Shown here: positions 24,047 to 38,700 of the stretch, one piece after another
Layout of the letters: every line of letters begins with the position of its first letter
Numbering within the stretch: the stretch's first letter is position 1
Source: Mobula hypostoma
Taxonomy: Eukaryota
Direction: 5' to 3'
DNA: 64,000 bases
NCBI RefSeq assembly: GCF_963921235.1
Contig: NC_086104.1
Span: 3,100,001-3,164,000 of the forward strand
Made by a program: the position numbers and the translations under genes
The notes under the pieces: generated by a model
Databases searched by the model: none
Seen by the model: the letters and a program-made list of their open reading frames with translations, nothing else
Told to the model about the DNA's origin: nothing

Positions 24047-25605
24047 AAACATAGAAAATAGGTGCAGGAGTAGGCCATTCGGCCCTTCGAGCCTGCACCG
24101 CCATTTATTATGATCATGGCTGATCATCCAACTCAGAACCCCGCCCCAGCCTTCCCTCCATACCCTCTGACCCCCGTAGCCACAAGGGCCATATCTAACT
24201 CCCTCTTAAATATAGCCAATGAACTGGCCTCAACTGTTTCCTGTGGCAGAGAATTCCACAGATTCACCACTCTCTGTGTGAAGAAGTTTTTCCTAATCTC
24301 GGTCCTAAAAGGCTTCCCCTCTATCCTCAAACTGTGACCCCTCGTTCTGGACTTCCCCAACATCGGGAACAATCTTCCTGCATCTAGCCTGTCCAATCCC
24401 TTTAGGATTTTATACGTTTCAATCAGATCCCCCCTCAATCTTCTAAATTCCAACGAGTACAAGCCCAATTCATCCAGTCTTTCTTCATATGAAAGTCCCG
24501 CCATCCCAGGAATCAATCTGGTGAACCTTCTTTGTACTCCCTCTATGGCAAGGATGTCTTTCCTCAGATTAGGGGACCAAAACTGCACACAATACTCCAG
24601 GTGTGGTCTCACCAAGGCCTTGTACAACTGCAGTAGTACCTCCCTGCTCCTGTACTTGAATCCTCTCGCTATAAATGCCAGCATACCATTCGCCTTTTTC
24701 ACCGCCTGCTGTACCTGCATGGCCACTTTCAATGACTGCTGTATAATGACACCCAGGTCTCGTTGCACCTCCCCTTTTCCTAATCAGCCACCATTCAGAT
24801 AATAATCTGTTTTCCTATTTTTGCCACCAAAGTGGATAACTTCACATTTATCCACATTAAATTGCATCTGCCATGAGCTTGCCCACTCACCCAACCTATC
24901 CAAGTCACCCTGCATCCTCTTAGCATCCTCCTCACAGCTAACACTGCCACCCAGCTTCGTGTCATCCGCAAATTTGGAGATGCTGCATTCAATTCCCTCA
25001 TCCAAGTCATTAATACATATTGTAAACAACTGGGGTCCTAGCACTGAGCCTTGCGGTACCCCACTAGTCACCGCCTGCCATTCTGAAAAGGTCCCGTTTA
25101 TTCCCACTCTTTGCTTCCTGTCTGCTAACCAATTCTCCACCCACACCAATACCTTACCCCCAATACAGTGTGCTTTAAGTTTGCACACTAATCTCCTGTG
25201 TGGGACCTTGTCAAAAGCCTTTTGAAAATCCAAATATACCACATCCACTGGTTCTCCCCTATCCACTCTACTAGTTACATCCTCAAAAAATTCTATGAGA
25301 TTCGTCAGACATGATTTTCCTTTCACAAATCCATGCTGACTTTGTCCGATCATTTCACCGCTTTCCAAATGTGCTGTTATCACATCCTTGATAACTGACT
25401 CCAGCAGTTTCCCCACCACCGACGTTAGGCTAACCGGTCTATAATTCCCCGGTTTCTCTCTCCCTCCTTTTTTAAAAAGTGGGGTTACATTAGCCACCCT
25501 CCAATCCTCAGGAACTAGTCCAGAATCTAATGAGTTTTGAAAAATTATCACTAATGCATCCATTATTTCTTGGGCTACTTCCTTAAGCACTCTAGGATGC
25601 ACTCT
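24047..25605 (-). mobile_element. CR1 LINE 3' part, young, inserted in L1
   Basis: Long open RT ORFs (24784-25656, 24133-24768); (ctatgttt)n tail; it splits the L1 frame SQKSY|YDSNPP. Confidence 0.92.
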
Positions 25606-26265
25606 GTGATAGTAACCCCCCTGTTTGCTGGAGAAATTGTGGAAATCAAAATGCAAACTATTATCATATTTTCTAGGAATGCCCCGTTATCAAACACTAT
25701 TGGAGTGGGATACATAATGTCCTACAAGACATCTTTAAATGTGAAATACCCTTCGAGAGTAAGACCATATATTTTGGGTATATACCTCAAGAATGGTTGA
25801 AAAGAGAAAAATATACTGCTGGTGGCTGGTAAAAAGACCCTTACCAGAAAATGATTATCGCAGGAGAGCACAACTTTAAATGCATGGATGGAAATTACAA
25901 TGAACATTTACAAAATGGAGAAGATAACAGTATCTGTTAATCAGAAGTTGGAACAATGTGATTCATACTGGGAAAAATGGTTCAACTACATTTTTACATA
26001 ACGCCTTATAGGCCTGATTTTATTCTCACAAGTCAATGAATATGTTGCAAAAAAAAAGATCACTCCCTACTTTATACATAGTTTTCGTCTTATGATTGTT
26101 CTTTCTTTCCTCTCCTTTCTATAAGTGTATACCTCAGATAAATATTATGTGGAGATTTGTGACAAATATGATTATATGATATATATGTGCAGTATCTGAA
26201 ATACATCTTATGGAAATGTTTGTTTGATGATGAACTTTAATAAAAAATAAATTACAAAAAAAATG

Positions 26266-27400
26266 CAAAGATATTGCAATCAGACTGTTAGGAAGGACAG
26301 AGAGCAACGAAAAATTATTAGAAGGGAAAATATGAAATATGAAAACAAGCTGGTAAATAATATCAGAGTGGATAGTAAAAGTTTTTTTAAGTTTGTTAAA
26401 AATAAAAGAGAAATGAGAGTGGATATAGGACAACTAGAAAATGAGGCAGGAGAAATAATAATGGGGTATAAGGAGATGACAGATGAACTAAATGAGTATT
26501 TTGCATCAGTCTTCACTGTGGAAGACTCTAGAAATATGCCAGATGTTGAAGGGTGTGAGAGAAAAGAATTGAATGCAGTTACTATTACAAGGGAGAAGGT
26601 GCTCAAAAAGCTGAAAGACCTAAAGGTTCATAAGTCACCAGAACCAGATGAACTGCACCCTAGGGTTCTGAAAGAGGAAGCAGTAGAGATTGTGGAGCTA
26701 TTAGTAATGATCTTACAAGAATCATTGGACTCTGGCAGAGTTCTGGAGGACTGGAAAATTGCAAATGTCACTCCTCTCTTTACAAAAGGAGAGAGACAGC
26801 AGAAAGGAAATTACAGACCAGTTAGCCTGACCTCAGTGGTTGGGAGTCAATTGTTAAGGATGAGGTGATGGAGTACTTGGTGACACAGGAAAAGATAGGA
26901 CAAAGTCAGCTTGGATTCCTTCAGGGAAAATCTTGCTTGACAAACCTGTTGGAATTCTTTGAGGAGATTACAAGTAGGATAGATAAAGGGGATGTAGTGG
27001 ATGTTGTATATTTGGACTACCAGAAGGCCTTTGACAAGGTGCCACACATGAGGCTGCTTACCAAGTTAAGAGCCCATGGTATACAGGAAAGTTACTAACA
27101 TGGTTAGAGCATTGGCTGATTGGTAGGAGGCAGTGAGTGGGAATAAAAGGATCCTTTTCGGTTGGCTGCCAGTGACTAGTGGTATTCCGCAGGGATTGGT
27201 TTTGGGACCACTTCCTTTTATGCTGTATATAAATGGTTTAGAGCATGGAACAGATAACTCTGTTGCCACATTTGCAGACGATACAAAGATTTGTGGAGGG
27301 GCAGGAAGTGTGGGAGAAACAGGAAGGCTGCATAAAGATTTAGACAGATTAGAAAAATGGGCAAGAGAGTGGCAAATGAAATACAATGTTGGAAAGTGCA
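26266..27400 (+). mobile_element. CR1 ORF2 fragment
   Basis: KSPEPDELHPRVL, NYRPVSLTS, FADDTK. Confidence 0.88.
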
Positions 27401-30400
27401 GACTCCTCCTACTGGCATTGCATGGAGCAGACGTGTTTCTCGAATGGCTCCGTTCTTTTTAAATTACTGAATCCAATCTGCTTCAAAAACTTACTCTTGC
27501 AGTATTATGATGTCTCATGCTAAAACTTCTAAAAAAGAAGAGGATTCTGCTGTGAATATGGAAGCTATTGAGGAGCTAATTCGGAAAGCTCAGGGCAAAA
27601 CGTCTGAACAACTTTCGGATGTGTATTTAAAAGTTACCACAGAGATTAAACGAATGGAGATTCTGCTGCAGACTATTCAAAAAACTTTACAGGAACATAC
27701 TACTCAGATTCAAGAACATGAAGATGCTTTAACGAGATTGCATACTAAGACGGATGAGTTGGAAAAGTTCGGAGATAAACAATCAAAAATCATTGAATCT
27801 TTAAGACAAAAGACTGTCACCTTGGAGAATAGATCAAGAAGGAACAATATATGAATTTTGGGTCTTCCTGAGTTGGTTGAAGGCAATCGACCTTCAGAAT
27901 TTTTTGCAAAGCTGTTGGCTCATTTGATTTCTGATGTTTTGGATACTCCACCAAGAATAGACCGGGCACACCAAGTTCCAGTGTTTAGACCCTCTTCTCA
28001 ACAAAAACCTCGACCTGTGATATTTGCTTTTCATGACTTCCAAACTATAATTTGCCAATCTCGTCGGTTAGGTATGATTAACTTCGAAGATTATAAGATA
28101 AGGCTGGTCGAAGATTATTCACCTGAGGTATTAAATGAATGTTTTAAGTATAAAAAGATCATGGCGGAGTTATATAACAAAGACTTTAAACCTTCACTAA
28201 ATTACCCCGCTTGCCTCAGGATCATTTTAGAAAATGGATCTTCTAAGTGGTTTCTTTCGATCGAGGAAGTGCACGATTTTCTTCAGGCCAAATCAAGTCT
28301 AGAAGACTAATTGTTTAGTATTGTATCATATAAACTACACTTCCTTAGCTTGGCTGATTCTTTGTTGTTGGAAGCTTGCAATTTAATGGTTTAGTACGAC
28401 TTTCCTTTGAACTATTTTGTCTTCTATTCTTGTATACTCTTATAATTAGTTTCTGTTCTTATCATATTTTCTTTGCTGAGTTAAGTTTTTTCAGCATGAT
28501 GTTTTGAACTCTTCTTTAGCTCTTTTGATTAAGATTTAGTCTATCAACTCCAGAAGTTTAAATGTTTATTTCTACATCATATAACCTTGTCCCCTCAGTT
28601 TGACCGATCAATTCGTTGCAATTGTGCAGTTTACTTGTTTATCACTTTTTCCTTTGAACAATTCCTTTTTTTGATATATTTTCATAAATAATCCTTCTTT
28701 TTCTCCTCTTTTTTATTTTTTCTGTTTAGAAAATTAATAGACTTAACTACAGTAAGTTTTCTTTGTGATTATTTTTTGCAAACATTATGGTTTGAATTTT
28801 TTTTTAGTTCTTTTGAAGGTAATTTAGTCCAGGTTGGAATTCATTCTGTGCTAATCTTTTCTTTTCTTGGAGCTCTGCCAGTCGGATGTCGGGGGTGGGA
28901 TCATCAGTAGATTAGCTTTCGCCCTCTCTTGGGTGATTTTTTTCCTTTGGGAGGGCGTGGGCGGGTGAGGACCGTTTTTTCTCTTTTTCCTTCTTATCAG
29001 CTGTTTGGTTATCCCCGCCTCATCTATTGCTTGGTGAAGTATTTTGAATGTTAAGGTTTGGATTTTTGGTATATTAGAGTGGTTTATATGTTTAACCTCT
29101 GTTTTAAACATATTTAAATGGTATACAGTATTAATTTTCTTAGTTTAAATGTGAAAGGTTTAAACCACCCTGTGAAACGCAATAAGATTTTTAGCTATAT
29201 TAAGAAATTGAATGCCTCAATTTTTTTTTACAAGAGATACATGTTTGCAGATCTGACTGTAGGCATTTGTTCAAACGTTGGAATGGTCCAGCTTTTCATT
29301 CTTCCTTTCAAGCCAAGGCCAGGGGTACATTGATGTTGATTGACAATTCAGTTGCTTTTGTTCAACATGATGTAATGCCTGACCCCAATGGGTGGTTTGT
29401 TATAGTCTCAGGGGAACTAGATAACAAACTAATGGTTTTTGCTAATCGCTCTGCCCTGAATATAGATGATCCCGGCTTTTTTGAATGTTTTTTTTTCTTT
29501 TTTTTACCAGTTTTACCATTCCTTTTTTTCTCACCTTCATCATAACTATTCCAGGATTGATTATTTTTTTGTCGATAGTCATTTGATACCCTCTGTTCGA
29601 TCCTGTGATTAGAAAGAAATTGCTGTTTCAGATCATGCCCCTGTTTTTTATTTTTAAATCTTCCGGGTGTCTCTCGATCAAACAGATTTTGGTGTTTTAA
29701 TCCAATTTTACTATCAGATAAGGCTTTTAAAAAATTTTTAGAGAGTCAAATTACATTTTTCTTTGAAGAGAATACGCTAGATGGCACTTCTAGCCTTATT
29801 ATTTGGGATGCTTTCAAGGCTTACATTAGAGGCCAAATTATTTCCTATACAGCAAGTATTAAGAAAAAAGCTAATAAGGAGAGAACTGATTTAGCCAATC
29901 AGCTGAAACATTCAGATCAAAAATATGCTTCTGATCTGGATTCCGTCTTATATAAAAGATGTGTGGAAGTTAAAACTATATATGATCTGTTCTTAACTTA
30001 CTCTGCTGACACTCAACTTTTAAAAGATAAAAGTCAATTTTATGTTCGTGGTGATAAAACAGGCAAATTTTTGGCTAATCAACTTAAAACTTTAATAGTT
30101 AAACGTCAAATTAAGGAAATCTCCAAAGCGAATTGTGATATAACCTCTGATCAATTAGAAATAAATGATACTTTTACTCTAAACTGTATATCTCCGATTC
30201 CCCTAAAGCCAAATTTGCTATGAATAATATTCTAGATCATTTAAACATTCCCTCACTTTCTGAGGTTAACCAAAAATGGTTAGATCAACATTTTTTTCTG
30301 AGGAAATTGCCCGGGTTGTCTATTCTCTGAGTTCGGGGAAGGCTCCCGGTCCTGATGGATTTTCTGGAGAGTTCTATAAGGATTTTGCTCCTTTGCTTAT

Positions 30401-31353
30401 TCCTCACTTACCTTCTGTCCTTTCTGACTCTTTTAAATTAGGCAGGTTGCCACAAACTTTTTATGACGCCTCTATTTCACTTATTCTCAAAAAGAATAAA
30501 GATCCAACTGATTGCTCTTCCTACAGACCTCTTTCTTTACTTAATGTTGACGCTAAAATTTTATTTAAACTTTTGGCTCATAGGATGGAAAACATTTTGC
30601 CTTCTATTATCTCTGGTGACCAGACCAGATTTATTAAAAATTGTTATTCTCATTTTAACATTCGTCGTTTACTGAATGTTATTTATTCTCCCTCTAAAGA
30701 AACTTCAGAATGCGTGATTTCTTCAGGTGCTGAGAAAGCTTTTGACCAGGTTGAATGGAATTATTTATTTAAAATATTAGAAACATTTAACTTTGGCTCC
30801 AATTTTATTCGATGGATTAAATTACTTTATTCATCTCCCACTGCACAGGTTCTTACTAACTCTCAGAGTTCCAAACCATTTAATCTCCAATGTGGAACCA
30901 GACAAGGATGTCCTCTGAGTCCTTTGCTTTCTGATTTGGCTTTAGAGCCTTTAGCCATCATGTTTCGTGAATCTGTTGACATCTCGGGTATTTTAAGAAG
31001 GGGTATCACTCATAAGCTGTCGCTTTATGCTGATGACCTTTTGCTCTACATCTCTAATGTGGAGTCCTCTCTACCCTCAAAACTCTCTTTACTTTCTGAA
31101 TTTAGTCAGTTCTCAGGGTATAAACCTAATCTTCATAAGAGTGAACTTTTTCCTTTGAATAAATAATTTGGTATCAGTCAACTCTGACCTTCCTTTTAAA
31201 ATTGTAAGAAATCAGTTTACTTATTTAAGTATAACAATTACTGGGAATTATAAATTTCTTTTTGAAGAAAGCTTTATCACTCTTTTGGAGTATGTTAAGA
31301 AGGTACTATCAAATTGGTCTCCCCTTTCTTTATCGCTGATTGGATGTATCAAT

Positions 31354-32206
31354 TGTGACGAGAATACACATAGGTAAGATGTTAGCTGTCCTGTGTGATC
31401 AGCAGTTGGTCTGCCACCTGTCTTCAAGAGAGAGATAAGGAACACAATGAAACAGCATCTGGAGATGTGTAATGAAGGGACGGGAGAGAGAGCTGTCTGG
31501 AGCGGCTCCCCCTTTGAACCCTGAACTGTTTGAAGTGATGGACAGGCGATACCCCAGCAGGGGGATAAAAAGGGGCAGGTTCGCTAAGGCAGGACACACA
31601 CACGCCACCCGAGGTAACGAGACCCTGGAAGCGGTACGCTTCTCACGAGTCGGTGGGAAGTACCAGACAACGGCCAGGGTGGAAAGGTACGATCAGCGGG
31701 AACCTGGTGTGTGTCCGCCCTTGCCTGGGTGCCGGGTTCACTGCAGAGGATCGACCGCATCTGGAGGAGGGGTCACAGTCGGTGACCTCAGGTGACATCA
31801 CCAAGGACCTGCCCAAAAGTTGCTTGTGAGCAATATGGCCAGTCTGTGAGTGGATGCCGTTTCTGACTAATCAGTCGTTCCTGTTCTCTCTCTCTCTCTC
31901 TCTCTCTCCCCCCACGTTGTCCATCGCCATGACAACTATTACTGCGAACTGAACTAAATTGGACTGAACTTTGTGTCACTTTGAAATTGGTCATTTATCC
32001 CTAGACAACGATAGAGCTTGATTGATGCTGTTATCTTAATTCTGTGCACATGTGTGTTTATCATTGCTGAACTGTTGCATTTATTATCCTTTCGATTACT
32101 GTGTTGCTTGTTTCTTTAATAAAACTTTCTTAGTTCTAGTAATCCAGACTCCAACTGAGTGATCCATTTCTGCTGGTTTGGCAACCCAGTTACAGGGTAC
32201 GTAACA
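31354..32206 (+). mobile_element. Solo LTR (Gypsy-type), 853 bp
   Basis: TGTGAC...GTAACA termini; 4-bp TSD CAAT (31350-31353, 32207-32210); internal AATAAA near 32058; the L1 frame resumes on either side. Confidence 0.88.
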
Positions 32207-32314
32207 CAATTCTATTAAAATAAGTATTTTGCCTAAGTTTTTATATTTATTTCAAGCCCTACCTGTTTTTATTCCTAAATCCTTTTTTGACTCTTTAGAC
32301 TCAATGGACAATAG

Positions 32315-33670
32315 ACAATAAACAATAGGTGCAGGAGTAGGCCGTTCGGCCCTTCGAGCCAGCACCGCCATTCACTGTGATCATGGCTGATCATCCACTA
32401 TCAGTATCCAGTTCCTGCCTTATCCCCATAACTTTTGATTCCGCTATCTTTAAGAGCTCTATCCATCTCTTTCTTGAAAGCATCCAGAGACTTGGCTTCC
32501 ACAGCCTTCTGGGGCAGAGCATTCCATATATCCACCACTCTCTGGGTGAAAAAGTTTTTCCTCAACTTCGTTCTAAATGGCCTACCCCTTATTCTTAAAC
32601 TGTGGCCTCTGTTTCTGGACTCACCCATCGGCGGGAAAATGCTTCCTGCCTCCAGCGTGCCCAATCCCTTAATAATCTTTTATGTTTCAATAAGATCCCC
32701 TCTCAGCCTTCTAAATTCCAGAGTATACAAGCCCAGTCACTCCAATCTTTTGACATATGACAGTCCCGCCATCCCGGGAATTAACCTTGTGAACCTATGC
32801 TGCACTCTCTCAATAGCAAGAATGTCCTTCCTCAAATTTGGAGACCAAAACTGCACACGGTACTCCAGGTGTGGTCTCACCAGGGCCCTGTACAGCTGCA
32901 GAAGGACCTCTTTGCTCTTATACTCAATTCCCCTTGTTATGAAGGCCAGCATGCCATTAGCTTTCTTCACTGCCTGCTGTACTTGCATGCTTGCTTTCAG
33001 TGACTGATGTACAAGAACACCTAGATCTCGTTGTGCTTCCCCTTTTCCTAACTTGACTCCATTTAGATAATAATCTGCCTCCCCATTCTTCTTACCACCA
33101 AAGTGGATAACCTCACATTTATCCACATTAAGTTGCATCTGCCCACTCACCCACCCTGTCCAAGTCACCCTGCATTCTGATAACATCCTCCTCACATTTA
33201 ACACAGCTTTGTGTCATCGGCAAGTTTGCTAATGTTACTTTTAATTCCCTCAACTAAATCATTAATATATATTGTAAACAGCTGCGGTCCCAGCACTGAA
33301 CCCTGTGGTACCCCACTGGTCACCACCTGCCATTCTGAAAGGGACCCGTTAATCGCTACTCTTTGTTTTCTGTCAGCCAGCCAATTTTCAATCCATGTCA
33401 GTACTCTGCCCCCAATACCAAGTGCCCTAATTTTGCCCACTAATCTCCTATGTGGGACTTTATCAAAGGCTTTCTGAAAGTCCAGGTACACTACATCTAC
33501 AGGCTCTCCCTTGTCCATTTTCATAGTTACATCCTCAAAACATTCCAGAAGATTAGTCAAGCACGATTTCCCCTTTGTAAATCCATGCTGACTCGGACCA
33601 ATTCTGTTACTACTATCCAGATGTGTCGTAATTTCATCTTTTATAATCGACTCCAGCAACTTTCCCACCG
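32315..33670 (-). mobile_element. CR1 3' fragment with internal deletion, inserted in L1
   Basis: RT motifs [27 protein letters not shown]; (ctattgt)n tail. Confidence 0.9.
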
Positions 33671-35164
33671 ATTATACCTTCTTACTTATGGAAGAATAAA
33701 ACCCCCTGATTAAACCAATTTCATCTTCAGAAAACTGGAAAAAATGGGGGATTAGCCCTACCCAATTTTAGGTTTTACTAATGGGCAGTCAACATATGCT
33801 ACCTTATGTTTTGCTTATACAATATTAATCGTGAAGACTGTCCGGTTTGGGTTTCTTCAGAAGTTAATTCTGTTAATCAATTTTCTATTATTTCTCTTCT
33901 TGGTTCTTCAATTCCTCTATCCTTAAGTAATTTAACTGATGACTATGTAGTTAAACATTTTTTGAGGAGTTGGTTACAATTTAGAAAATTCTTTGAGTTA
34001 TTTGGTTTTTCACTCTCTTGTCCCATTGTATTACTGTAAATGTTTTCAGGATCTGTTTGTTGGAGATAGTCTTTCCTCATTTTATCAATTATCTATTAAA
34101 TATAATCTTCTTAAAGCTCACTTTTTTAGATATTTACAAATTAGAGACTTCTTGCGTTCTCAACTTCATACATTTCATAAATGTCCAGATAAGAATTTAA
34201 TTGATACAATTTTTACTCTGAAACTATTTCATAATGGATCTATTTCTAATATTTATAGTATGTTGTTGGCAAAGGGAAATGTTAGAGAAAATTAAAACCT
34301 CTGGGAACAAGACCTACAGATTTCGATTGATGAGAATGTTTGGAATGAAAATTTTAAACTTGTTCACACCTCTTCATTATGTCCGCGTCACTCTCTTTTA
34401 CAATTTAAAGTGGTTCATAGAGCCTATATGACTAAAGATAAGCTCTCTCGTTTTTACTCAGATTTTTCTCCATGCTGTAATAGGTGTAATGTCGAAGAGG
34501 CCTCACTAATTCATGTTCTGGTCTTGCCCGCGGCTTGATAAATTTTGGAAAGAAGTATTTCAAACTTTCTCGGAGCTTTTTAAAGTAAACTTTAAACCCA
34601 ACCGTCTGACTGCCTTGTTTGGCATTGTTGGAGGAAATGATTTTACTCTTAAGCCGAATAATTTGCGTATTTTGGCTTTTATTTCTCTTTTAGCCAGAAG
34701 AGTTTTGTTGCTTAAATGGAAAGATGCTGCTCCGCCTACTCATGCCCATTGGTTGATTGATGTTATGTCATGTTTAGATCTAGAGAAGATTAGGTGTTCC
34801 ATTTCTATACCTAGACAAGATTTTCTCACATTATGGGGACCTTTTGGGAACTACTTTCACAATCTTCGACTTGTTCAGCAGTGAGGATGCTATTATATGT
34901 TTGAAGTTATGACTATATGTCCAAGATATTTTTTTCTTTTCTTTTAACCAAACAGCTGTTTTTTTCCTCTTTTTTTTTGTTTTGTTATGGGGGTTTTGAT
35001 TTTGCTTTAGATTAGAATAAAATATACCTTTTCAATATTATGGTTAATTTACTATACATAGTTATGGGGCATTTCAACCTTGTTTCTGTTTCCATAATAT
35101 CATAATGTATTTTGTATTTGTCTATGCAAGTAATTAATAAAAATATTGAAAAAGAAAAAAAGGA

Positions 35165-35705
35165 AGACATATGGTAATGCACTTTGGTAGAATAAATAAA
35201 TGTGGACTATTTTCAAAACAGGAAGAAAATCCAGAAAACTGAGATGCAAAGGGACTTGCGCAGAACACCCTAAAGGTTAACTTGCAGGTTGAGTCAGCGG
35301 TGAAGAAGGCGAATGGAATGTGAGCAATCGTTTCAAGAGGTCTAGAATACAAAGGCAGGGTTGTGATGCTGATGCTTTATAAGACACCGGTGAGGCCTCA
35401 CCTTGAGTATTGTGAACAGTTTCGGGATCCTCATCTGAGAAAAGGTTCAGAGGAGATTCACAAGGGTTATTCTGGAAATGAAAGTGTTATCAGACGAGTA
35501 ACATTTGATGGCTCTGGGTCTGTATTCATTGGAATTTAGAAGGATGGGGGGGGGATCTAATTGAAATCTTTTGAATGTTGAAAGGCCTAGACAGAGTAGA
35601 TGTGCAAAGGATGTTTCCCATGGTGGGGGAGCCTAGGAGAAGAGGACTCAGCCTCCGGATAGAGGGGCATCCATTTAAAACAGAGATGCGGAGAAATTTC
35701 TTTAG
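35165..35705 (+). mobile_element. CR1 3' fragment
   Basis: Degenerate SRGLEYK and VRPHLEYC motifs. Confidence 0.75.
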
Positions 35706-38700
35706 CCATACCATAGAACCATAGAACCATAGAAACTACAGCACAGAAACAGGCCTTTTGGCCCTTCTTGGCTGTGCTGAACCATTTTCTGCCTAGTCCC
35801 ACTGACCTGCACACGGACCATATCCCTCCATACACATTCCATCCATGTATCTCTCCAATTTATTCTTAAATGTTAAAAAAGAACCCGCATTTACCACCTC
35901 GTCTGGCAGCTCATTCCATACTCCCACCACTCTCTGTGTGAAGAAGCCCCCACTAATGTTCCCTTTAAACTTTTCCCCCCTCACCCTTAACCCATGTCCT
36001 CTGGTTTTTTTCTCCCCTTGTCTCAGTGGAAAAAGCCTGCTTGCATTCACTCTATCAATACCCATCATAATTTTATATACCTCTATCAAATCTCCCCTCA
36101 TTCTTCTACGCTCCAGGGAATAAAGTCCTAACCTATTCAACCTTTCCCTGTAACTGAGTTTCTCAAGTCCCAGCAACATCCTTGTAAACCTTCTCTGCAC
36201 TCTTTCAACCTTATTTATATCCTTCCTGTAATTTGGTGACCAAAACTGAACATAATACTCCAGATTCGGCCTCACCAATGCCTTATACAACCTCATCATA
36301 ACATCCAGCTTTTATACTCAATACTTTGATTAATAAAGGCCAATGTACCAAAAGCTCTCTTTACAACCCTATTTACCTGTGATGCTACTTTTAGGGAATT
36401 TTGTATCTGTATTCCCAGATCCCTCTGTTCTACTGCACTCCTCAGTGCCTTACCATTAACCCTGTATGTTCTACCTTGGTTTGTCCTTCCAACGTGCAAT
36501 ACCTTACACTTGTCTGTATTAAACTCCATCTGCCATTTTTCAGCCCATTTTTCCAGCTGGTCCAAGTCCCTCTGCAGGCTCTGAAAACCTTCCTCACTGT
36601 CTACTACACCTCCAGTCTTTGTAACATCAGCAAATTTGCTGATCCAATTTACCACATTATCATCCAGATCATTGATATAGATGACAAATAACAATGGACC
36701 CAGCACTGATCCCTGTGGCACACCACTAGTCACAGGCCTCCACTCGGAGAAGCAATTCTCTATTACCAGTCTTTGGCTTCTTCCATTGAGCCAATGTCCA
36801 ATCCAATTTACCACCTCTCCATGTATACCTAGCGACTGAATTTTCCTAACTAACCTCCCATGAGGGACCTTGTCAAAGGCCTTATTGAAGTCCATGTAGA
36901 CAATATCCACTGCCTTCCCTTCATCCACTTTCCTGGTAACCTCCTCGAAAAACTCCAATAGATTGGTCAAACATGACCTACCACGCACAAAGCCATGTTG
37001 ACTCTCCCTAATAAGTCCCTGTCTATCCAAATGCTTGTAGATTCTGTCTCTTAGTACTCCCTCCAATAACTTACCTACTACCGACGTTAAACTTACTGGC
37101 CTATAATTTCCCGGATTACTTTTCGATCCTTTTTTAAACAATGGAACAACATGAGCCACTCTCCAATCCTCCGGCACCTCACCTGTAGACAGCGGCATTT
37201 TAAATATTTCAGCCAGGGCCCCTGCAATTTGAACACTAGTCTCCTTCAAGGTCCGAGGGAACACTCTGTCAGGTCCCAGGGATATATCCACTTTAATTTT
37301 CCTCAAGACAGCAAGGACCTCCTCCTTTTCGATCTGTACAGTTTCCATGATCTCACTACTTGTTTCCCTTAATTCCATAGACTTCATGCCAGTTTCCTTA
37401 GTAAATACAGACACAAAAAACCTATTTAAGATCTCCCCCATTTCCTTTGGTTCCGCACATAGCCCACCACTCTGATCTTCAAAGAGTTCACTCTTACTAA
37501 GATTTAATTTATAACCTGAAAAAAAACCAAATTGTGCTAATAACTCTAAAACAGCAGGAATGGATTTCTCAGGATTAGAAATATATAAAAGTAAATCATC
37601 AGTATCGAGTGATAATTTATGGGACTTTAATCCCCGAGTTATCCCAGTAATATTTGAAGAGTCTCGAATAGCAATTGCAAGAGGTTCTAATGCAATATCA
37701 AATACTAGGGGACTAAGAGGACAACCTTGTCGAGTACCTCGAAAAAGAGGAAAAAAAGGTGAGTTTAAAGAGTTAGTACAGACCGAGGCTACAGGGGAAT
37801 GATATAACAGTTTAATCCAGGATATAAATTTCAAGCTAAAATTAAACATTGATCTGGGGCGGAGATCTTAATACCTGTTTGTCTCCAGCTTTGGACTGTT
37901 CGGCTCCTTTACGGACCTTACCTAATAAATCTGCAACTTTGATTAACTCTTTCCTTTCTGATTCTGGGTCGACGGACATTTGGCGTTTTCTGCAACCTCA
38001 GGAAAAAGATTTTTCTTTCTTTTCACATGTTCATCATTCCTATTCAAGAATTGATTATTTTTTTTATTGATTCTCGTCTTATTCCTTCAGTGATTAAATG
38101 TGATTATGATTCTATAACCATTTCGGATCATGCTCCACTTAAGCTTTCTATTAAAATTATGGCCAATATACAAAATAATAGACAATGGCGTTTTAATTCG
38201 CTGTTGCTTCAGGACTTGGACTTTGTTAACTTTATGAATGAACAGATTGAGCTTTTTTTTACAATTAATCATACAGAGGATATTTCGGTTAACACTCTTT
38301 GGGACACTTTTAAAGCCTATATTCGTGGTCAGATTATTTCGTATTCTGCTGCTTTGAGGAAGAAGCAGAAGCAGGAGGAGATGGTAATTGTGGACAAGAT
38401 TAAAGAAATTGATAAGAAATATGTTATGGTTCCTTCTGAGGAGTTATACAAACAAAGAACTGGACTTCAAATGGAACACAGTTTACTACTCTCGTCCTCG
38501 ATTGTAAACCAATTAAAGAAAACAAGAAGTGAATTTTATGTTCACAGTGATAAAATTGGTAAGCTGCTGGCTAATCAATTGAAGTCTAATTATGTTAAAT
38601 CTCAAATCAATCAGATTTATAACCAAAATGATCGATTGATACTGGATCATGTGGGGATTAATCAAACCTTTTGTGATTTTTATTCTTCTTTATATCAATC

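Larger units (their letters stand above)
17065..26265 (+). mobile_element. L1/Tx1-clade LINE (A-rich sense strand), 5'-truncated in ORF1, interrupted by four nested elements
   Basis: ORF1 C-terminus (AKLKVLYEGGIQLY); ORF2 APE (ICGGDLN, YTRIDYF, SDHAP), RT (KSPGSDG, SRPISVLNVDYRIF, CYVDD), CWRNCG knuckle; AATAAA and A-rich tail near 26236-26265. Confidence 0.9.
27400..35160 (+). mobile_element. Near full-length L1/Tx1-clade LINE (T-rich sense strand), degenerate
   Basis: ORF1 27507-28310 (LENRSRRNNI*ILGLPE, one in-frame stop); ~800-nt T-rich spacer; ORF2 from 29118 (SLNVKGLN), RT (KAPGPDG, GTRQGCPLSPLL, YADD), zinc-knuckle region; AATAAA/A tail near 35135-35160. Confidence 0.92.

Noticed and set aside
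36296-37849. 517-aa ORF, the longest in the track, resembling a full RT gene
   Set aside because: Chimera of an L1 RT segment fused in frame to CR1 ORF2 at the TSD (SKSELF|EDQSGG); a by-product of insertion.
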